From Candidatus Brocadiia bacterium (GTDB taxonomy: Bacteria > Planctomycetota > Brocadiia > SM23-32), in the NCBI GenBank assembly GCA_046538485.1, contig JBKHIT010000004.1, positions 32,001 through 96,000 of the forward strand: a stretch of 64,000 nucleotides of DNA, in the 5' to 3' direction. Numbering within the stretch: position 1 is the first letter of the stretch; every line of letters begins with the position of its first letter. Below, piece after piece: positions 1 to 9,644 of the stretch. The translations under genes were made by a program, and so were the position numbers. The notes beneath the pieces were generated by a model. It searched no databases and was not told the origin of the DNA. It saw only the letters and a list, made by a program, of their open reading frames with translations.

Positions 1-2
1 GG

Positions 3-1112
3 GTGAACGAAAAATGGCCGTACCTGGCCGAGGATATGGATCGCGATACGACACTGACTCAACAGGGACGGTGTGCGCGGCTGGAAAAACAGGGAGCCGT
101 ATTGGTCACTGACCCCGAGAGAATGGCTTATTTGCAGGCAGAGCCCGTAAGCGGCACGTATTGCGGCTGGAATCCGCTTCCCGATATGACAATGTACCGA
201 CTGGTCACACCCGAAGGAATACGCCTTGAAACCGACGGACGCACAGGACTGACGCGGGTGATTGTGCAACCGGGAAACAGACGCATTGAACTCGATCATG
301 CTTTGAAGGCCGGGCAGAAGGATCGAGGGGACCTTGCAACGACCCTTCTGGTGTTTGGTATGGACAAACAGCCGACCGTTTTTCGCAATGGACGCCGGAT
401 TGCCCCGACACCTGCGGCCAAACCACCTCAAGTGCTGAAGAAGAAAATTGGTGAGAAACACGCCTGGGTGATCCCCCTTCGTGAGGAAGTGACGCGCCAG
501 GATCTGGGAGGAGTGGCTGAGCGCTACCAGCGCGTGACCGAGATACTCGATATTATCGCACGAGGCGAAAAACCTGATATAGTCGATACAGTCGTCCAGG
601 ATTGGTTGGTAATCGGCCCGTTTTCCAACAAAAATAAGAAGGGATTTTCCAAAGCCTATCCCCCCGAGAAGCAAGTCGACCTCGCAGCAACCTATCAGGG
701 CGTCGGGGGAAAGACCGTTGCCTGGAAACGAACCCAAACTCCAGATAAACCACCGCTCGGTCAAGGCCCGATCAACCTGAAAAAGCTCTTCGACCCCGCT
801 CAAAACGTCTGCGCTTACGCCTTTACGGAAATCGAATCCGACCGTGCTCGTGACGCAACCCTGTACGTGGGCAGCGACGATACCATCACCGTATGGATAA
901 ACGGAGACCAGGTGCTGAGCCGAGAGGTGTATCGCGGCGCGGCGCTCGATCAGGACCAAACGTCCATCCACCTGCAGGAAGGCACCAATCGTGTGCTGGT
1001 AAAAATCTGCCAGACCTGGGGTGGATGGGAGTTTTATTTCCGCATCGGCGACGTTTACGGTCTGCCCATTGAGGAAGGCCTAAAATTCGGCGTGAGCTTG
1101 CCCAACAAATGA
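3..1112 (+). CDS. 5'-truncated large protein with C-terminal PA14-like/carbohydrate-binding beta domain
   Basis: ORF appears to run off the left edge. C-terminal module WLVIGPF...YPPE...CAYAFTEI...VGSDD...VWING...LQEGTNRVLVKI is typical of PA14-like accessory domains. Confidence 0.6.
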   Translation: MNEKWPYLAEDMDRDTTLTQQGRCARLEKQGAVLVTDPERMAYLQAEPVSGTYCGWNPLPDMTMYRLVTPEGIRLETDGRTGLTRVIVQPGNRRIELDHALKAGQKDRGDLATTLLVFGMDKQPTVFRNGRRIAPTPAAKPPQVLKKKIGEKHAWVIPLREEVTRQDLGGVAERYQRVTEILDIIARGEKPDIVDTVVQDWLVIGPFSNKNKKGFSKAYPPEKQVDLAATYQGVGGKTVAWKRTQTPDKPPLGQGPINLKKLFDPAQNVCAYAFTEIESDRARDATLYVGSDDTITVWINGDQVLSREVYRGAALDQDQTSIHLQEGTNRVLVKICQTWGGWEFYFRIGDVYGLPIEEGLKFGVSLPNK

Positions 1113-1273
1113 TAACCGCGCCTAAACAGGTTTCTGAGCGGGAACAGGTTTTTCACAAAGCTTAGAATCTGGTTGCGTTGGCGTTCTAAAATGTGCATTT
1201 TACACTGTAACGTGTATACTGGCCCTCGATGACCTTCGGTCGCCTGCTATTTTATTTTTCTCCGGGCTTTCTG

Positions 1274-2428
1274 ATGGACGACAAATCTTGCCTGATTAAA
1301 AACGGTGACGTTTTTATTGACGGCCATTTTGTCTCTCAAAATATAATTATTGAAAATGGCAAAATCGTACGGCTTTTTGCACCGGGGACTGCGCCGAAAA
1401 AAGATTTCGTCGTTATTGACGCGTCCGGGAAGTTTGTGCTCCCGGGGCTTGTCGATCTCCACGTTCATGGAGCGGGAGGAAGCGATTTGCTGGAGGACCG
1501 TTCTGATGCTCTCCCCGATGTCGCGCGCCATCTTGCTCGTTTCGGGACGACGGCTTTTCTGGCCACAACTCTGATAATGCATGAAGACAAAGGCCAACCT
1601 CATATCCGTCATATCGTGGAATCACCCACGAAACACGAAAAGGCGGCGCGGGTTCTTGGCATTCACATCGAAGGACCGTTCGTCAACCCTGATAAACGGG
1701 GTATGATTCAGCCAATCTCCATTCGCGAGCCGTCACCGGCTGCTCTGGGATCCATTCTCAAGCTTTGTCAGGGCAAGCTCAAGATGATGACGATTGCTCC
1801 GGAACTCGATGGTGTCATTCCCTTGTTGCGAGACCTTGCATCCCAGGGCGTCATAGCGGCACTGGGGCATACGGACGCCACGTATGCCGAGGTTCGGACT
1901 GGGGTCGAGAATGGGATAACGCACGTTACGCACGTTGCCAACGCCATGCGTGGGCTTCATCATCGCGAACCGGGAGCTCTGGGAGCGGCCATCATGGACG
2001 AACGTCTATCGGTGCAAATTATCGGCGACTGCGTGCATATCCATCCACAAATATTCGAGTTTATCGTTCGCTCAAAAGCCCCGGGGATGTATGCTTTGAT
2101 CACAGACGGAATTAGGGCTACAGGTCTCGCGCCGGGAGATTACGAGCATGGAGTTATATCATTTGTGGTAGAAGATGGCGTTGCGAGGGCCAAAGACGGG
2201 ACACTCGTGGGAACGGCACTTACTCAATTACAGATGATCCAGCGTCTCAGAGAACAAACGCAGATTCCCTTTGCTGAACTGGTTCGCATGGCGACCATTT
2301 ATCCAGCGCAGATTCTCAATATTGCCGATCAAAAAGGAAGCATTGGGGAAGGCAAAGACGCTGATATTGTCATTTGCAACCAGGACCTTGAACCGGTGCG
2401 GGTTTTTGTGGAAGGACAGTCTGTCTAA
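1274..2428 (+). CDS. nagA: N-acetylglucosamine-6-phosphate deacetylase
   Basis: Motifs PGLVDLHVHG, HIEGPF, GHTDA, THVANAM, ITDG. Start placed at ATG 1274 (MDDKSCLIKNG). Confidence 0.92.
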   Translation: MDDKSCLIKNGDVFIDGHFVSQNIIIENGKIVRLFAPGTAPKKDFVVIDASGKFVLPGLVDLHVHGAGGSDLLEDRSDALPDVARHLARFGTTAFLATTLIMHEDKGQPHIRHIVESPTKHEKAARVLGIHIEGPFVNPDKRGMIQPISIREPSPAALGSILKLCQGKLKMMTIAPELDGVIPLLRDLASQGVIAALGHTDATYAEVRTGVENGITHVTHVANAMRGLHHREPGALGAAIMDERLSVQIIGDCVHIHPQIFEFIVRSKAPGMYALITDGIRATGLAPGDYEHGVISFVVEDGVARAKDGTLVGTALTQLQMIQRLREQTQIPFAELVRMATIYPAQILNIADQKGSIGEGKDADIVICNQDLEPVRVFVEGQSV

Positions 2429-2482
2429 CGGCGCACGGAATAATGGGGAGCCTGTTCGCACGTTTATTCGAGTTCAGCTGTT

Positions 2483-4525
2483 TTACTTCTGACACAACAG
2501 GCTCTCCACAAACAGCAGGCCCAGGGCTATCCAGAAAAAGGTCTGCCAGAGAGAAGTCCCTTGTCCCTGCCCCGAACTCCTGGAATAGTTCAGAATTTGG
2601 CGCTGTCTTTTTTGCTCAAAATCGCCCGTAGGCAACTGTTGCAATTTAGAGGCCTTCGGGTCCGGGTTAACGGCAAAAGCCCAAGCCTGTCTTTGTGCGC
2701 CTGGCTCCGATGAGATCTTGTATATGCCTGGGCGGTTGGTTTTCTCAAATCGGGCTTTTCGTTCACGAACCATGACAGTTCGCCAGTCGGCATCCTTTCC
2801 CGGCGCCTTCACGAAAATAGTCCCTTTTTCAAATCGGAGAGTATGCTGCAACGTGCGCCCCACTTTTACACTGACCGGTTGATCATCAGTCATCCCGCCT
2901 CCCAGGTACCGAATACTCTGGTAGATAAAGGGCACAAACACGGGCTGAATGCAGAAATTGTTCCAGTCTCGATCCAGTGGACTTGCCAGAAGGAACACTC
3001 TTGAACTCTGCCCTTCGGTCTCAACCAGTGCCGGTTCTCCCGTATCGAACTGCAGCAATATGTTGGCCGTTTCCCTGGCTTCCAAACTCCAGTACTTGCG
3101 GAACTTCGCTCGCCCAAATTTGCGCACCCAGGTTTTGCTGAAACTGCGAAACAAAGGGTGTCGTGCGTTTTGCACGCGAACAGTGGCGTGCTTTTTATTT
3201 TGGCCTTGTCCTCCGCTAATTCTGAGTGGGACAGCTGGCAAAAGGTTACCGATATGTTTTCTGTAAGATGAGCTTTTGACCCGATCGCCCAGGATAAACC
3301 ACAGCGCTCCACCGGCGTCAACATACCGTTTTAGCTGGCCTCGCGGTGGCAATGATTTTGCGGGGCAATTGGCAAAAACAATACAGTCAAAGTCAGCCAG
3401 TGAAATTTCACGGACTTCTTCGTGGGTCACAGTCCGGGGTTTAAGCTGCAATTCCTGCCCGCCAGCTCTCAGAGCCGAGTCCAGATAGAATGTTTCACTG
3501 GCGTACATACTCTCGTGGGGATCACCATTAACTATTAATGTGCGTATTTTCCGATAACCGGCACCTGCCAGATACCAGATGTTATCTGCAGGAAGATTGT
3601 CTTCTGGAAGCCGGACCTGCCCGTAGTACCGCTTTTCTTGTGTTGCACCTGTAAGGCGGGCCAATCCCCTGCCCTCTCTATCAGGCGTGACGGTAACCTG
3701 TGACCGGGAACCGTCTTCGAGTTCGATTGAACACGTAAAGCTTTTGGTTTTAAGTTTTCCGGAACATTTAATTTTCACGACAACGGAGACGATACCATCG
3801 GCACTTTTAACGTCCAGGTCTTCGATATGTCGATTGGAGGCATTGTCATTTCGGCGTATCTTCACCATTCGGACGTCGACAGGTGCGCTGGCCAGCATTT
3901 CCAGGTCCCGCGAGTTCCAACTGCTGCGGGTCATATCTGAGATTATCACGAGCAATTTTCGCGGGCTCTTTTCCTTCTTGAGAGCGCTGAGCGCGGTTTC
4001 AAGGGCTGGCCGGGCGGGATCTGCAGTAAAAGAAGGTTCGGTGTCCTTTATCCCCTGTATTAGCCGTTCCACATCAGCGGAAAACCGCCCGGGCCCGATG
4101 GGCCGGCCGGTGAAAGACACGGCCCGGACACGATCGAAACCACGCAGTTGCTCCAAATATTTAAGGGTTTCTTGCTGCGCTTTTTCAAAACAGCTCTGTG
4201 AATCTTCCGCATATCGCATACTGAGCGTATCGTCGAAGACAATGGCCATGCTGGCCGGCCCCTCACCGAGAACAAACTGGTCTTCCGCTTTCAGGAGAGG
4301 CATTGCAAGGCCGAGAGCAAAAAACAGAAGACATAGGACGCGCAACATCATCACCAGTAGTTGCCGCAATCGGAGCCGGTTGGCAAGACGTTTTCGGGCA
4401 GCGACGAGCAATTTTACAGCCGGGAATTCGTGTTCTGGGGCCCGTTGGCGCTGGATTAGATGGATGATCAACGGTATTACCCCCCCGGCTAATCCCGCCA
4501 GCATTATCGGATGTAGCCACGCCAT
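2483..4525 (-). CDS. BatA-type N-terminal membrane anchor plus vWA domain protein
   Basis: N-terminus MAWLHP...IPLIIHLI...FPAVKLL...LRVLCLLFFALGLAMP; vWA MIDAS-like DDTLSM and IISD; C-terminal TM LWQTFFWIALGLLFVESLL. Confidence 0.82.
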   Translation of the reverse strand: MAWLHPIMLAGLAGGVIPLIIHLIQRQRAPEHEFPAVKLLVAARKRLANRLRLRQLLVMMLRVLCLLFFALGLAMPLLKAEDQFVLGEGPASMAIVFDDTLSMRYAEDSQSCFEKAQQETLKYLEQLRGFDRVRAVSFTGRPIGPGRFSADVERLIQGIKDTEPSFTADPARPALETALSALKKEKSPRKLLVIISDMTRSSWNSRDLEMLASAPVDVRMVKIRRNDNASNRHIEDLDVKSADGIVSVVVKIKCSGKLKTKSFTCSIELEDGSRSQVTVTPDREGRGLARLTGATQEKRYYGQVRLPEDNLPADNIWYLAGAGYRKIRTLIVNGDPHESMYASETFYLDSALRAGGQELQLKPRTVTHEEVREISLADFDCIVFANCPAKSLPPRGQLKRYVDAGGALWFILGDRVKSSSYRKHIGNLLPAVPLRISGGQGQNKKHATVRVQNARHPLFRSFSKTWVRKFGRAKFRKYWSLEARETANILLQFDTGEPALVETEGQSSRVFLLASPLDRDWNNFCIQPVFVPFIYQSIRYLGGGMTDDQPVSVKVGRTLQHTLRFEKGTIFVKAPGKDADWRTVMVRERKARFEKTNRPGIYKISSEPGAQRQAWAFAVNPDPKASKLQQLPTGDFEQKRQRQILNYSRSSGQGQGTSLWQTFFWIALGLLFVESLLCQK

Positions 4526-4564
4526 GGAATTCTCCTGGCCCACTGTGTCTTATTGGTATGGTTT

Positions 4565-5749
4565 TCAGTGCAGAAAAGAACGCATCAACTCGTGTCCACG
4601 GTCCCAACGAACTTCCGTCTGTTCAGCGTAAGCTTCAGAGAAGGGCAATTTCGATATTGCTTCTATCCCCGCTCCCCACATCGCAACCGGCACCGCTCCT
4701 CGGAGATGCCGTCCTTGTTCGACCGACGTATAGTGATCGGGAAGGATGATTAATCTGAGATTGTCGTTTTCATCGGCAAGAGACATTAGTGGCCCCACAA
4801 TTTCCTGGTCCACTTTTTCGATTGCCTGGACTTTTGCTCGCACATCACAGTTATGCGACGCTTCGTCAGATGCTTCAATATGAACAAGAACGATATCATA
4901 TTTTTCAAGGGCGTCGATTGCATAACGGCCCTTGGCATTATAATCGGTATCGGTGAAACCGGTGATACCGGGGACCTCTATGATGTCCCATCCGATAAGA
5001 CGAGCGATTCCGCGCACCAGGTTAACCGCGCTGATGGCTGCGCCTTTTCCACCATATTTTTCGTCAAAATCTTCCATTTGAGGTTTTTGGCCTTCCCCCC
5101 ACAACCAGATCATATTGGCCGGATTTTGCCCGAGATCTCGTCGCACCTCATTAATCTCATGATTTTCCAGAATTTCACGCGACCTCTCCATCAAATAGAC
5201 CAGCTGTTTGCTGCCACCGCCCGTGGGTAAGATATCAACAAGGGGTTCCCCCATGGCCTGATGGGGTGGTGTCGTCTTTATTGAGAGCATACCGGCTGGA
5301 TTGTATGTCATAAGATGGCGGTAGCTCATGCCCGTGTAGAAATGTACGGCATCAGTTCCGAGTTCATTGTTAAGTTCTTCAATCAGGACATTGGCTTCCT
5401 CAGTACTGATATGCCCGGCGCAAAAATCTCCCATCTTACTGCCGTCGGTCGTGATAAAATTACACCGGAAACCCCACTCCTGAGATTCCAGTTCCACCCC
5501 CAGGTCGGCAGCTTCTAACGGAGCACGGCCGGTGTAATATTTTTCGGGGTCATATCCTAACACGCTGAGAATCGCCACGTCGCTTCCCGGTGCCTCGCGT
5601 TTGGGCACTGTCTTTACTTCTCCGAGTAATCCTTCCCGGGCCGCCCGGTCCATATTCGGGATTCGCGCCGTTTCAAGAGGCGTTCGTCCATCCAGTTTGT
5701 TCAAAGCAAAATCGGCCGCGCCGTCTGGTATGACAATGCAGTATTTCAT
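4565..5749 (-). CDS. apgM: ApgM-family cofactor-independent phosphoglycerate mutase-like protein (proposed homoserine kinase subfamily)
   Basis: Motifs IPDGAAD, TPLETARIPNMD, PGSDVA, YYTGRAPLEA, HIEASDEASH, PDHYT. Directly downstream of hom. Confidence 0.82.
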   Translation of the reverse strand: MKYCIVIPDGAADFALNKLDGRTPLETARIPNMDRAAREGLLGEVKTVPKREAPGSDVAILSVLGYDPEKYYTGRAPLEAADLGVELESQEWGFRCNFITTDGSKMGDFCAGHISTEEANVLIEELNNELGTDAVHFYTGMSYRHLMTYNPAGMLSIKTTPPHQAMGEPLVDILPTGGGSKQLVYLMERSREILENHEINEVRRDLGQNPANMIWLWGEGQKPQMEDFDEKYGGKGAAISAVNLVRGIARLIGWDIIEVPGITGFTDTDYNAKGRYAIDALEKYDIVLVHIEASDEASHNCDVRAKVQAIEKVDQEIVGPLMSLADENDNLRLIILPDHYTSVEQGRHLRGAVPVAMWGAGIEAISKLPFSEAYAEQTEVRWDRGHELMRSFLH

Positions 5750-5786
5750 TTTTTCCCGCAAACCAATGAGAGAAACAACAACGCAG

Positions 5787-7094
5787 TCAGATATCCTGCA
5801 CCCGGAGCATTCGAGTATCCGCACCGTCCACAGAGTCAAGGGCATTGATCTTGGAGAGTGCAGCGTTCATTTCGCTCTCCTTCGCTTGATGTGTCATAAA
5901 AACAACGGGCACGTAATGCTCGGGGTGAGAAGCCTGATCCTGCTGCATACAGGATGCGATGCTGATGTCGTGTTCACCCAAAATCCCGGCCACTTTTGCC
6001 AGCACACCGGGCCGATCGTGGCAACTGAGGCGGAAATAGTATCGCATCTCCAGTTCATTCGAAGGGATCATTCGGGCTTCTGGCACATCACCGAACTGTG
6101 AAAAGTCCCGGAAACAAGGCTGGTATGTCCCCAATGCAAGGCGCGCGACATCGGCCACCACAGCAGTGGCGGTGGGCCACCTCCCGGCTCCCAAACCGGT
6201 GAGCATAATCTCGCCGGCACACGCTCCGTGAACACAAACGGCATTATACGCTCCGCCAATTGTCGCCAGGGGATGATTGTGTTTAAGAAGCGCCGGGTGA
6301 ACACGCAATTCAGTGCCTTCCTCGCGCTGGATACCAATTGCCAGAAGCTTGACCGTGTATCCCAACGCACGCGCATACCGGAGATCTTGCGGCTCTATAT
6401 TCGTGACGCCTTCGCGGGGAATTTCATTGTCCTGGACTTCGACGCCGAATCCGATACGTGCCAGAACACCCAGTTTATGCGCTGAATCGTGCCCTTCAAC
6501 ATCCAGTTCCGGATTGGCTTCGGCGTAGCCTTTCTCCTGAGCTTCTAATAGAGCCTCCCCGTATGAAACTCCTCGATCAGTCATCTGTGTTAAAATGTAA
6601 TTGCAGGTACCGTTCACAATTCCGTACACACTCTGAATGCGGTCCCCAATCATCGCATCGCGCATCGACGCAACAACTGGGATGCCTCCGGCGACACTTG
6701 CTTCAAAAGCGATACTTTTGCCCACCTCCCTGGCCAGAGCATACAGGTGCTGTCCGTGAGCCGCGAGAAGTGCTTTATTTGCGGTTACAATATCTTTCCC
6801 CGATCGCAATGCTTTCTCGACTACCCTGGCAGCTATATCTGTGCCTCCGATAAGTTCCACAACGATACCCACATCTGGATCTCCCAACGGGGCGTCCAGT
6901 TCAGTTGTAACTTCGACGGAGGCAGGGAAATCTATCTCCTGCGCTATTTCTTCAGCTCGAACATCCACGACATAAGCCAGTTCGATGGGACTTGTCATTT
7001 TTCGGAGCAGGCCGCCCTTTTCACCCAGCAAAATGCGCGCTACGCCCGTTCCGATTGTGCCGCAGCCGTACAAGGCTACCTTGGTTTTTGGCAT
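5787..7094 (-). CDS. hom: Homoserine dehydrogenase with C-terminal ACT domain
   Basis: Motifs GCGTIG, VTANKALL, FEASVAGGIP, NGTCNYIL, GYAEANP.LDVEGHD; ACT domain DRPGVLAKVAGILG. Confidence 0.95.
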   Translation of the reverse strand: MPKTKVALYGCGTIGTGVARILLGEKGGLLRKMTSPIELAYVVDVRAEEIAQEIDFPASVEVTTELDAPLGDPDVGIVVELIGGTDIAARVVEKALRSGKDIVTANKALLAAHGQHLYALAREVGKSIAFEASVAGGIPVVASMRDAMIGDRIQSVYGIVNGTCNYILTQMTDRGVSYGEALLEAQEKGYAEANPELDVEGHDSAHKLGVLARIGFGVEVQDNEIPREGVTNIEPQDLRYARALGYTVKLLAIGIQREEGTELRVHPALLKHNHPLATIGGAYNAVCVHGACAGEIMLTGLGAGRWPTATAVVADVARLALGTYQPCFRDFSQFGDVPEARMIPSNELEMRYYFRLSCHDRPGVLAKVAGILGEHDISIASCMQQDQASHPEHYVPVVFMTHQAKESEMNAALSKINALDSVDGADTRMLRVQDI

Positions 7095-7191
7095 GGGAAT
7101 AAGACCTTGCGAGAGTTTAAAATGTTGCTCCTCCGGCAGAAACAAACAAATATATCAGCCCCCCGCCGGAGTGTCAATCTCTCCCGTGCTG

Positions 7192-8826
7192 TCAAGATTC
7201 GCCAGAAAATCCATCTGCTGTCGATCCGTAAATCCGGTAATCAATTTCCGGGAAAATATTATCGCGGTTTTCGATTTGCTCGAGGTGCTCTTCCGATATG
7301 TCCTCCTCTTCCAACGCCCGGCAGAGGCTTTGGAAACGTCCGATATGATTTTCCACCCGGTAGCGAGCATAATCCCGGGCGGTTCCGACGCTCAGCAAAA
7401 ATGGCCAGTCGCTGCTCTGGGCCAGCATTAATTCGCGTGCACACTGATCAAGCGTCCGCTTTTGCGCTCCATCGGCAGTGGAATATTCATTCGCCAATTT
7501 TACCATGGTTTGTTCTGCTGCAAGCAGATGCCTGCAAATCCAGTCGTTAGAACCATTGACCCAGACGTCAAAGTAGCCTTCATAACCCCATGTTGATGGC
7601 GCCGGTGAAGCTAACTGATTCCTCGGATTCTTCGTCAGATATTCTGAAGGAGTTACGGTCTGCAGGAGTGGGGCGTCCTGAGTTTTGCCTGATTTTTTTT
7701 TGTCGTCCGTCAGTTGAAGGACAGATTCCAAAAAGATTGGTCCTTCGAACCACCAATGTCCAAACAACTCGGCATCATACGGAGAACTGATCAACGGGTA
7801 TTGGTCGATCACTCCTGCCAATTGATCGATTTGTTTTATCCGTTCGGAGACAAAATGGGCCGCATGATCCCGCGCTTTCTGGTTTGCCATTTTCGGTCTA
7901 TATGGTTCTTTATCTTCGAGGGGCACATCGCCCGTTATGCGATGATATTTAATCCCAACCTCATGTCTCTGGCCTGCCGGATCCAAATATGGTTTTATGG
8001 CGTCATAATCGGCATCGTAACCCAGGTCTCGATGGAACTCCCGGTATTCGGGATCTCCAGGATAACCCTCGTCGGCACTCCAAACCTGTTTTGAGGTCTC
8101 GACATCGCGTCCGAACGCCGCAAGTCCGGCGGGTGTAATAATGGGCGAGAAAACGCCGTAGACCGGCCTTGGTTCAGCCAGTAATACGCCGTGACTCTCG
8201 AGGAAAAAATACCTCAGACCGCTTTGTTTGAGCAATTCATCAAGACCATTGTTATAGGCACATTCCGGCAACCAGATGCCTCGCGGGCGGGTTCCAAAAT
8301 GCTTTTCGTAGTTCCTGCAGCCCTGCTCAATCTGTGCTCGTGCCCCCTCCTGCGTCGCCATCAATGGCAACAATGCGTGAGTGGCCGTGGAGGTAAGGAC
8401 TTCAATCACCCCTTCATTTTGCAACTGCCGCAGTCCTGTCAGAAGAGACTGCCCTGCCCGATTTCCGTAGGAACTTTCGATATCTTCAAAACGCTTATAG
8501 TACATTCGCGCTACGCGTTCAAACGGAGTGTTTCGGGTCCGTTCCAGTTCCTGCTCCATCAACTGTTTTCTTGCCCGTACGTAGCGCCCGCACCGTTCCT
8601 GCAGGAGCTCATCTGCCAGCATTTCACAGAGTGTCGGCGTTATCGAGAAACTGATTCGGTATTCAGTGCCTTCTCTGTGAAGCCGTTGCAACATCTCAAA
8701 CAACGGGAGATAGGTTTCCGTAACAGCCTCGAACAGCCAATTTTCTTCCAGGAACTGCTCGTATTCCGGATGACGCACGAAGGGCAAGTGGCAATGCAAT
8801 AGAAGGCACAAATATCCTTCAGACAT
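7192..8826 (-). CDS. GH57 1,4-alpha-glucan branching enzyme (DUF1957 C-terminus)
   Basis: Motifs HCHLP, WLPEC (nucleophile), YDAELFGHWWFEG (acid/base), AQSSDWPF. Confidence 0.92.
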   Translation of the reverse strand: MSEGYLCLLLHCHLPFVRHPEYEQFLEENWLFEAVTETYLPLFEMLQRLHREGTEYRISFSITPTLCEMLADELLQERCGRYVRARKQLMEQELERTRNTPFERVARMYYKRFEDIESSYGNRAGQSLLTGLRQLQNEGVIEVLTSTATHALLPLMATQEGARAQIEQGCRNYEKHFGTRPRGIWLPECAYNNGLDELLKQSGLRYFFLESHGVLLAEPRPVYGVFSPIITPAGLAAFGRDVETSKQVWSADEGYPGDPEYREFHRDLGYDADYDAIKPYLDPAGQRHEVGIKYHRITGDVPLEDKEPYRPKMANQKARDHAAHFVSERIKQIDQLAGVIDQYPLISSPYDAELFGHWWFEGPIFLESVLQLTDDKKKSGKTQDAPLLQTVTPSEYLTKNPRNQLASPAPSTWGYEGYFDVWVNGSNDWICRHLLAAEQTMVKLANEYSTADGAQKRTLDQCARELMLAQSSDWPFLLSVGTARDYARYRVENHIGRFQSLCRALEEEDISEEHLEQIENRDNIFPEIDYRIYGSTADGFSGES

Positions 8827-8873
8827 GATGCAAACGCCTTTTCAGGGGAGAATAGGGAGATGACTTCGAGATA

Positions 8874-9587
8874 TCATGACTCGGTGCTGGCCAAATGATA
8901 CGAAGAACTGCTTCCAACAAGCAAATCCGGGTCCCAGGCCAATCCCGGGATATCTGTCCGGGCGGCAAAAGGGTCAAAACCGATCGTTTCGGCGAGGATT
9001 CTTTCATTTTCGGTCCACCAGCCTTCCCCCCATTCCAGATTTTCCCGGTCGCCGGATGCTACTTCCATGTTTTCTCTACTGTCGGACGGAGGCTTGTTCG
9101 GCACGCGACATGACACAGCCGGGCAAACCGGGCGGAAACTCCCCTCAATTACAACCCCGAGTTTGATCACGTACCGTTGTCCCGACTCAACATTCAGATA
9201 ATAATTTTGCGCGTCAGGATCAACGGGAATTTCGGCTGATCTATTACCGGATGAGTTTTCCAGTATCAATTCCCATTGTATTCCTGGATCAAGTTTTTCC
9301 CGCAGGCGCATGCTGGCATCTCCGGAAAGTTCCCAGTACACGAATAAAGAGCCCGGCTTACGTGCAATCGCTCCGATACTGTCCGCACCATAGGACTGCG
9401 GCAGGGAAGCTTCTTCGGATTTCATTTCAGCTTCTGGGACGCTTCCCGCTGCAAAAACATGGAGAAGCGCTCCATTCGGCGCCGCATTTGGCCCGGACGT
9501 CGGTTCGATCAGTTCTTCTGCGTTTCCGCCGTCGGCTTCCCCGGGGGCTGAAGGATTTGAATTCCGCGGTTTATCTTCAGAAGGCAT
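8874..9587 (-). CDS. DUF4912-family protein
   Basis: LPQSYG...ARKPGSLFVYWELS motif, Ser-rich tail, adjacent to GH57. Confidence 0.75.
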   Translation of the reverse strand: MPSEDKPRNSNPSAPGEADGGNAEELIEPTSGPNAAPNGALLHVFAAGSVPEAEMKSEEASLPQSYGADSIGAIARKPGSLFVYWELSGDASMRLREKLDPGIQWELILENSSGNRSAEIPVDPDAQNYYLNVESGQRYVIKLGVVIEGSFRPVCPAVSCRVPNKPPSDSRENMEVASGDRENLEWGEGWWTENERILAETIGFDPFAARTDIPGLAWDPDLLVGSSSSYHLASTES

Positions 9588-9644
9588 AAATATTTAACTC
9601 CAAAATCCGCTGTCTGCGTTAAATCAGTTCTCAGTGTATTCCGA

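Noticed and set aside
3687..4631. 314-aa + strand ORF, and similar long antisense ORFs such as 21189-22115, 44376-45227 and 46434-47387
   Set aside because: They overlap well-supported genes on the opposite strand and lack protein-like motifs.
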